From Candidatus Brocadia sp. (GTDB taxonomy: Bacteria; Planctomycetota; Brocadiia; Brocadiales; Brocadiaceae), in contig CP091279.1 in the NCBI GenBank assembly GCA_021650915.1, positions 660,001-692,000 on the forward strand: a stretch of 32,000 nucleotides of DNA, written 5' to 3'. Positions 25,745 through 32,000 of this stretch are shown here, piece after piece. Positions within the stretch are counted from its first letter, which is position 1; every line of letters begins with the position of its first letter. Position numbers and translations under genes: made by a program. Below the pieces are notes generated by a model. The model did not search any database and was not told where the DNA came from. It saw only the letters and a program-made list of their open reading frames with translations.

Positions 25745-28411
25745 ATGTCAGAGCGATTTTTTATCATTGATGGCCACTCACAGTGCTACCAGGCTTTCTA
25801 TGCCATTACGGCAAGACTGACAACTCCCGACGGAAAACCGGTAAATGCAGTATATGGTTTTACAAGGATGCTGCAGAAGTTACTCAGAGAGTATCAGCCG
25901 GAATATATTGCAGTGGTATTCGATACAAAAGGTATCACCCATAGACACAGTAGTTATCGTGAGTATAAAGCAAACCGTAAACCGACACCTGATGAATTGC
26001 AGGCACAAATTCCCCTGATTTACAAAATCGTCAGGGCCTTTAATATTCCTGTTTACGCTGTTAAAGGTTACGAGGCGGATGACATTATCGGCACCCTCGT
26101 TACCTTACTCTCTGACAAACCAATCGAAGTTGTCATCGTGACTGCGGACAAAGATATGGAACAATTACTGAATGTAAAGGTGAAAATATTGCATGCAAAA
26201 AAGGGAATGATGATTGACCAGGAGTCCCTTTTCAAGGAAAAGGGGATACGCCCGGAGCAGGTAGTAGACGTACTGGCTCTTTCTGGAGACACTGCAGACA
26301 ACATACCTGGAGTGCCCGGCATTGGCAATAAAACAGCATTGGAACTTATCCAAAAATGGGGATCGCTGGAATCTGTGCTCACCAAGGTAAGTCTCATTTC
26401 CGGAAAGAAAAGACAGGAAAATTTACGGTTATTTGCCGACCAGGCGCGGCTTTCCCAAAAACTCTTGCTTCTGTGTCGCGATATCCCTATCGCTCTGGAC
26501 ATGAATGCGTGCAAGAGAAACACATCAGAAACAACTGAACGGAAAAAACTATTCAGAGCACTTGGGTTCCACACCCTTCTTACAGACATGGTTGCTACGG
26601 CAGAGACCGAGGAAACAAGGTATCAGTTGGTAGATACCAGAGAAAAGTTTCATGAATTTCTTGCCCAATTGATTACCCAAAGGACAATTGCCGTAGATTT
26701 GGAGACGACCAGCACGAATCCTCTTATTGCCAGGATCGTGGGGATTTCGTTTTCCTGGAAGGCTCGTGAGGCACATTATATACCATTGATGACACCAGAA
26801 GGAACGGCACAGGTAAGCGCAGATATCGTGCTATCTCAACTTCGTCCTGTTTTGGAGGACGAAAATATTAGGAAAATAGGGCAGAATATTAAATACGACA
26901 TCCTGGTACTCAGAAACAATAACATTCATTTACGAGGGATTGCATTTGACGCGATGATTGCTTCCTATCTCCTGAATCCAGGGAAAAGGAATCATAACCT
27001 GGACGATATAGCCTTTGAGTATTTATCGTATAAGACCATACTTACATCAGAAGTAATAGGATCAGGAAAAGAACAAATCACGATGAATAAGGCTGATGTT
27101 GCAAAGGTCTGTAAATATGCCTGTCAGGATGCTGATATCTCATTTCGTTTAGCCAGTGTTATGGAACCTCATCTTAAAGAAAATACATTATCGCAACTCA
27201 TGCAGGACATAGAGATACCACTGATTTATGTTTTGGCGGAAATGGAATGGAATGGGATTTGTGCCGACATTCATGTTTTACAAAAGATATCCGATATTTT
27301 AACTGTGAAATTGCAACAGATAGAAAAGGAGATCCATGCTTCCGCAGGATACGAGTTTAATATCAGTTCACCCAGGCAATTGAGTAAGGTTCTCTTTGAA
27401 AAACTTGAATTACCCCGTCTCAGGCGTACCAAAACGGGATTGTCAACGGATGCAAATGTCCTGACCACCCTTGCATGGCAACACAACTTGCCCAAGTTAG
27501 TCCTCGAATACCGCCAGCTTATGAAATTAAAAAATACCTATGCCGATGCCTTACCGGAGATGGTAAATCCCAATACCAGCCGCATTCATACCTCATTTAA
27601 CCAGACCGTCACGGCAACGGGACGGCTCAGTAGCAGCGATCCGAACCTGCAAAACATTCCCATTCGTACAGAAATGGGGAGACAAATCCGGCGTGCCTTT
27701 GTCCCGTGTGAAAATGATACCGTGTTTTTATCGGCAGATTATTCACAGATAGAATTACGCATCCTGGCACATTTTTCCGGGGATGAGGCCATGGTGGCAG
27801 CATTTCATCAGGACAAGGATATTCATTCGTCCGTTGCCTCTGCAATCTATAACGTTCCAATAGAAAACGTGATTCCCGAAATGAGACGGAATGCAAAGGC
27901 TGTTAACTTTGGAATAATCTACGGACTAAGTGAATTCGGACTTTCGCGCGATACCGGGCTGTCTCTGGAAAAAGCGCGGGAGTTTATTGACACCTATTTT
28001 ACTTTATACCAGGGGGTAAAAAGATTCCGGGACACGGTTATAGAAGAGGCAAGAACCCATGGTTATGTAACAACGCTGTTTCATAGAAGACGGTCTGTAT
28101 CCGATCTTCGTTCTGGAAATAAAAAACTGAGAAACCTATCGGAACGTATTGCTGTTAATACCATTATTCAAGGCTCTGCAGCCGATTTAATCAAGGTTGC
28201 CATGAACAATATTCATGCACAGTTGAAGAAAGGCGTTTACGGGGCGAAGATGCTTCTTCAGATACATGATGAATTGCTTTTTGAGGTGCAAAATAATACA
28301 TTGCCATTGACGCGTTCCCTTGTGCAAGAGGAAATGAGTCATGCCGTTACGCTGAAAGTTCCCATCAAGGTAAACATAAAAACCGGGATAAACTGGATGG
28401 AAACCGTGTGA
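25745..28411 (+). CDS. polA: DNA polymerase I (5'-3' exonuclease + 3'-5' exonuclease + polymerase domains)
   Basis: 888 aa. Motifs: Exo I VDLETTS, motif A DYSQIELRILAH, motif B RRNAKAVNFGIIYG, motif C QIHDELLFE. Confidence 0.95.
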   Translation: MSERFFIIDGHSQCYQAFYAITARLTTPDGKPVNAVYGFTRMLQKLLREYQPEYIAVVFDTKGITHRHSSYREYKANRKPTPDELQAQIPLIYKIVRAFNIPVYAVKGYEADDIIGTLVTLLSDKPIEVVIVTADKDMEQLLNVKVKILHAKKGMMIDQESLFKEKGIRPEQVVDVLALSGDTADNIPGVPGIGNKTALELIQKWGSLESVLTKVSLISGKKRQENLRLFADQARLSQKLLLLCRDIPIALDMNACKRNTSETTERKKLFRALGFHTLLTDMVATAETEETRYQLVDTREKFHEFLAQLITQRTIAVDLETTSTNPLIARIVGISFSWKAREAHYIPLMTPEGTAQVSADIVLSQLRPVLEDENIRKIGQNIKYDILVLRNNNIHLRGIAFDAMIASYLLNPGKRNHNLDDIAFEYLSYKTILTSEVIGSGKEQITMNKADVAKVCKYACQDADISFRLASVMEPHLKENTLSQLMQDIEIPLIYVLAEMEWNGICADIHVLQKISDILTVKLQQIEKEIHASAGYEFNISSPRQLSKVLFEKLELPRLRRTKTGLSTDANVLTTLAWQHNLPKLVLEYRQLMKLKNTYADALPEMVNPNTSRIHTSFNQTVTATGRLSSSDPNLQNIPIRTEMGRQIRRAFVPCENDTVFLSADYSQIELRILAHFSGDEAMVAAFHQDKDIHSSVASAIYNVPIENVIPEMRRNAKAVNFGIIYGLSEFGLSRDTGLSLEKAREFIDTYFTLYQGVKRFRDTVIEEARTHGYVTTLFHRRRSVSDLRSGNKKLRNLSERIAVNTIIQGSAADLIKVAMNNIHAQLKKGVYGAKMLLQIHDELLFEVQNNTLPLTRSLVQEEMSHAVTLKVPIKVNIKTGINWMETV

Positions 28412-29019
28412 ATTCAAAACCCAAAGTTATTGGCATAACCGGTGGAATATCGAGTGGAAAAAGTACTATAGCGCGTATGCTGGCTTCATTAGGCGCAGAG
28501 GTTATTGATGCTGATGAAATGTGCCATAAACTCTTTTTCACAAAAGGTATAAAAGCGAAAATTATCGAACGGTTTGGAAATAGCATCCTGGACATGTATG
28601 GCAAGATAGACCGATCGCGGCTTGCGGAGATTGTGTTTCAGAATAAGACGAGTTTAGGTGACCTTTGTAGTATTCTGCACCCCATTGTTATTGAACAGAT
28701 ACGATTAAGGATAGACGAGATTGAAAATCGGAGACGCCGCAAGGTTGTTGTAATTGATGCAGCATTATTAGAAGAGTCCGATCTTTCTTTGCTCTGTGAT
28801 TACATTATCTTTGTCAATACCGGAAGAGACCATAGGGTAAACCGGAGTAAAATCAGCCGTCATTGGCAGGACGGTGAATTAGAAAAAAGGGAACGGTTTC
28901 AAATGAGTTTGGAGGACAAAAGAAAGAAATCAGATTACATTATCGATAATAATTTTACCGAGGAAAATACTTACAGACAGATAAAAGAATTTTGGCAACT
29001 CTATCTGGGAAAAGGATGA
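28408..29019 (+). CDS. coaE: Dephospho-CoA kinase
   Basis: IGITGGISSGKST P-loop. The GTG start overlaps the polA stop (GTGA). Confidence 0.9.
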   Translation: MNSKPKVIGITGGISSGKSTIARMLASLGAEVIDADEMCHKLFFTKGIKAKIIERFGNSILDMYGKIDRSRLAEIVFQNKTSLGDLCSILHPIVIEQIRLRIDEIENRRRRKVVVIDAALLEESDLSLLCDYIIFVNTGRDHRVNRSKISRHWQDGELEKRERFQMSLEDKRKKSDYIIDNNFTEENTYRQIKEFWQLYLGKG

Positions 29020-29051
29020 TTATCAATTAACTTTGAAGGAGGAAACATTAC

Positions 29052-30386
29052 ATGTCGGCGCCAAATGGGAAAAAAGAGCCCGTGGTTGTAGATCAGGAAA
29101 CGAATGAAAAATACGAAGAAATTAAACGCGGTGAGATGCATATTACCGAATTGCAGAAAATGACCATTAAGGAATTGCAGGAAACCGCAAAGAATGAGGG
29201 GATCAAAGAGTATACGGGACTGAAGAAGCAAGACTTGATTTTCAAAATCCTGAAAGAGCGGGTAAATCAGAACGGCCTTATGTATGGGGAAGGAGTAGTT
29301 GAGGTGCTTCCCGAAGGGTTTGGATTTTTGCGGTCACCGGATTACAATTATTTACCATGTCCGGATGATATTTATATCTCTCCGTCTCAGATCCGCCGGT
29401 TCGGTATCAGGACCGGCGTCATTGTGTCCGGACAGATAAGGCCACCAAAGGATACTGAACGGTATTTTGCGCTATTACGGGTAGAGGCAATCAATTTTGA
29501 GAATCCGGAAATTATGGGAGAAAAGATAGTCTTCGATGATTTGACGCCCTTACATCCCACAGAAAGAATTTTTTTAGAAAAAAGCCCGACAGAGTTTGAA
29601 ACAAGGATTATGGATCTCGTTACCCCTATTGGGAAGGGGCAGAGAGGGCTGATCGTTGCGCCTCCCAGAACGGGAAAAACCGTGTTATTGCAAAAGATTG
29701 CAAACAGTATTACCAAGAATCATCCCGAAGTGTATTTGATTATCCTGCTTATTGATGAACGGCCGGAAGAAGTAACTGATATGGCCAGGTCTGTGGAAGC
29801 GGAAGTTATTGGCTCTACGTTTGATGAGCCAGCAAGCCGACACATTCAGGTGGCGGAAATGGTGATTGAAAAGGCAAAACGAATGGTGGAATACGGTAAA
29901 GACGTCGTTGTTCTCCTTGATTCCATTACACGATTAGCGCGAGCATATAACACCGAGGTTCCTCACAGCGGGAAAATCCTCTCCGGTGGTGTGGATGCCA
30001 GCGCATTACAAAAACCGAAGCGGTTTTTTGGAGCAGCAAGAAATATTGAAGAGGGTGGCAGTCTTACCATCATTGCCACGGCATTAATCGATACCGGTAG
30101 CAGAATGGATGAGGTGATCTTTGAAGAGTTTAAAGGTACGGGGAATATGGAACTGCATCTTGACAGGAAATTGGCAGATCGCAGATTATTTCCCGCAATA
30201 GACATTACCCGCTCCGGTACCCGGAAAGAAGAGTTGATCGTAAATGCAGAGGAAATTAAACGCATGTGGATGCTTCGAAAGGTGCTCAACGAAATGAATC
30301 CAATCGAGGCCATGGAATTACTGAAGAACAGGCTGGCAAAATCAAAGACTAACGCTGAATTTCTCATGACGATGAATATTACGTAA
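29052..30386 (+). CDS. rho: Transcription termination factor Rho
   Basis: N-terminal Rho_N helix, RNA-binding GFGFLR, Walker A PPRTGKT, 444 aa, SD GAAGGAGG. Confidence 0.95.
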   Translation: MSAPNGKKEPVVVDQETNEKYEEIKRGEMHITELQKMTIKELQETAKNEGIKEYTGLKKQDLIFKILKERVNQNGLMYGEGVVEVLPEGFGFLRSPDYNYLPCPDDIYISPSQIRRFGIRTGVIVSGQIRPPKDTERYFALLRVEAINFENPEIMGEKIVFDDLTPLHPTERIFLEKSPTEFETRIMDLVTPIGKGQRGLIVAPPRTGKTVLLQKIANSITKNHPEVYLIILLIDERPEEVTDMARSVEAEVIGSTFDEPASRHIQVAEMVIEKAKRMVEYGKDVVVLLDSITRLARAYNTEVPHSGKILSGGVDASALQKPKRFFGAARNIEEGGSLTIIATALIDTGSRMDEVIFEEFKGTGNMELHLDRKLADRRLFPAIDITRSGTRKEELIVNAEEIKRMWMLRKVLNEMNPIEAMELLKNRLAKSKTNAEFLMTMNIT

Positions 30387-30426
30387 TCAATTTCCTTTAT
30401 CTATTTGAAATTTATACCACTATCAT

Positions 30427-31671
30427 ATGTCTTCTCTTTTCATATATGACAAGGCTGAAAAGGTGCTGGTGATGTTGCTTGCCGGTGGACAGGGTGAACG
30501 TCTCTATCCACTGACAAAAGACAGAGCGAAACCAGCGGTACCCTTCGGCGGCATCTATCGTATTATTGATTTCCCTTTAAGTAATTGTTTGAACTCGGGT
30601 TTGAAAAAGATTTCCGTGTTGACACAGTACAAATCGTATTCACTTGACAGACATTTACGCATTGGCTGGAATATAGGTAATTACGAACTGGGTGAATTTA
30701 TTGAAAGTATTCCACCACAAAAGAGAACAAGTGATTTGTGGTACCAGGGTACAGCCGATGCCGTCTATCAGAATATTTACGTATTAGAAAGAGAAAGACC
30801 GGAAAAAGTTTTGATCCTGGCCGGTGACCATATTTATAAAATGGATTATCGTGAATTAATCGCATTCCATGAATCAAAGCAGGCAGAGGTAACCATCCCC
30901 TGTCTGGAGGTTCCTTTGCACGAAGCGAATCGTTTTGGAATCGTAAGTATTAATAACGATCTGCAAATTACGGATTTTGTAGAAAAGCCGCCGCATCCCA
31001 GGCCAATACCTTCAAATCCCAATGTGGCGCTGGTGTCTATGGGAATATATTTGTTTAATACGGAGGTACTGGTAAAGCAGGTTATTGGAGACGCAAAACA
31101 GGATACCAGCCATGATTTTGGAAAAAATATTATTCCTTCAATGATCAGTAATAGCCGATTGTTTGCATATATATTTAATGATAAAAACAATAAAGCAGTG
31201 AAATATTGGAGAGATATAGGAACGCTCGACGCATACTGGGATGCGAATATGGATCTTGTTCAGGTTGAACCTATTTTTAATCTCTACGACACGTCATGGC
31301 CGATTCGTACGTATTATGAACGGTATCCGCCGGCAAAGACCGTGTTTTCAGAGCTATTTCCTGGCGGAAGGTGCGGTATGGTGCTGAATTCCCTGGTTTC
31401 CAACGGATGTATTATCAGTGGGGCACGCGTAGAGAAGTCTGTTATATCGCCAAACGTGAGAATCGAAGATCATTCCGAAGTCTACGATTCAATTATCATG
31501 GATGGTGTTCGAATCGGCAAAAATGTCAAAATTCGAAATACCATCATTGATAAATCAGTCATTGTTCCTGACGGAAAGCAGATCGGATACAATCCAGAAG
31601 AAGACGCCCGGCAGTTTACCGTAACAGAAAAAGGCATTGTTGTAGTTCCCAAGGAGTTGCCTTTGCTTTAG
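30427..31671 (+). CDS. glgC: Glucose-1-phosphate adenylyltransferase
   Basis: LAGGQGERLYPLTKDRAKPAVPFGG..RIIDFPLSNCLNSG and a C-terminal left-handed beta-helix region. Confidence 0.9.
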   Translation: MSSLFIYDKAEKVLVMLLAGGQGERLYPLTKDRAKPAVPFGGIYRIIDFPLSNCLNSGLKKISVLTQYKSYSLDRHLRIGWNIGNYELGEFIESIPPQKRTSDLWYQGTADAVYQNIYVLERERPEKVLILAGDHIYKMDYRELIAFHESKQAEVTIPCLEVPLHEANRFGIVSINNDLQITDFVEKPPHPRPIPSNPNVALVSMGIYLFNTEVLVKQVIGDAKQDTSHDFGKNIIPSMISNSRLFAYIFNDKNNKAVKYWRDIGTLDAYWDANMDLVQVEPIFNLYDTSWPIRTYYERYPPAKTVFSELFPGGRCGMVLNSLVSNGCIISGARVEKSVISPNVRIEDHSEVYDSIIMDGVRIGKNVKIRNTIIDKSVIVPDGKQIGYNPEEDARQFTVTEKGIVVVPKELPLL

Positions 31672-31882
31672 CCATGCTGACAAGAACGTGCAGCAGTATT
31701 CCCTTTCTCACGCAAAAACCTCTCTTTTTCCTGTCATTACATTTCTTTCTTTCAAGCACCACGCTCATCTCTCTTTCCCGGGCTTGTCTCCTCACAGGAA
31801 ATTTGTTTTTTTGTGTTTATTTTTTGATGGTAACTTTTATAATACGGCGGCTTCGTTATCCCACAAAATAACAGATATCGGT

Positions 31883-32000
31883 ATGAGCATGCTCGATCTT
31901 ACTGAAAACAACCTGAATAAAAATATCTTTAAGTTAAGCATCCCGTTGATTATTGAAAATATTTTGCATATGAGTGTTTTTATTTCAGATACCCTCATGG
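31883..32000 (+). CDS. MATE-family efflux transporter, N-terminal fragment (runs off the window)
   Basis: Manual translation gives MSMLDLTENNLNKNIFKLSIPLIIENILHMSVFISDTLM, which resembles MATE N-termini (I.KLA.P.i.enll......vDt.mvg). Only 39 codons are visible. Confidence 0.5.
   Translation, partial: MSMLDLTENNLNKNIFKLSIPLIIENILHMSVFISDTLM

Noticed and set aside
26068-26589. 173-aa minus-strand ORF inside polA
   Set aside because: It is antisense to a high-confidence polA region and has no motifs or SD.

Overview
This is a 32-kb chromosomal window with about 30 protein genes, most of them housekeeping. I cannot place the organism. The palindromic repeat families and the secreted-protein content remind me of uncultivated Planctomycetota-like lineages, but that cannot be verified here.

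Genes in order:
- a partial GspE/PilB secretion ATPase that runs off the left edge and is absent from the ORF track
- cobT, an isolated pntB, cytoplasmic cyclophilin, arfB, membrane-anchored msrB, single-chain pyruvate carboxylase and a nitroreductase
- a macro-domain / GAF-PAS histidine kinase / CheY-like block
- a 2-kb segment rich in small genes and RNA features (13.2-15.2 kb)
- a YqhA-like membrane protein, then about 1 kb of repeat-filled non-coding DNA
- hpt, then a tightly coupled cluster: an FHA/trypsin-like membrane protease, two secreted unknown proteins and a Spy/CpxP-like protein
- ychF, a vWA protein coupled to a membrane J-domain protein, and a periplasmic cyclophilin
- polA, coaE, rho, glgC, and the 5' end of a MATE-like transporter at the right edge

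There are three tRNAs: Pro-TGG, Glu-CTC and a CAT-anticodon tRNA.

The best-supported new observation is an unannotated c-di-GMP-I (GEMM-I) type riboswitch on the minus strand at about 13740-13860. It has its own promoter, and its terminator overlaps the aptamer. It sits upstream of an 89-aa basic zinc-ribbon protein.

Two gene sets are candidate uncharacterised systems: the FHA-protease envelope cluster (17837-21040) and the J-domain/vWA pair (22469-24346). Other points of note are a triple-repeat Cys/His mini-protein, an orphan divergent pntB, and REP-like and nested palindromic repeats. I found no CRISPR array, transposase, integrase or rRNA.

All calls come from reading the sequence and remembering family motifs. 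No database search was run.
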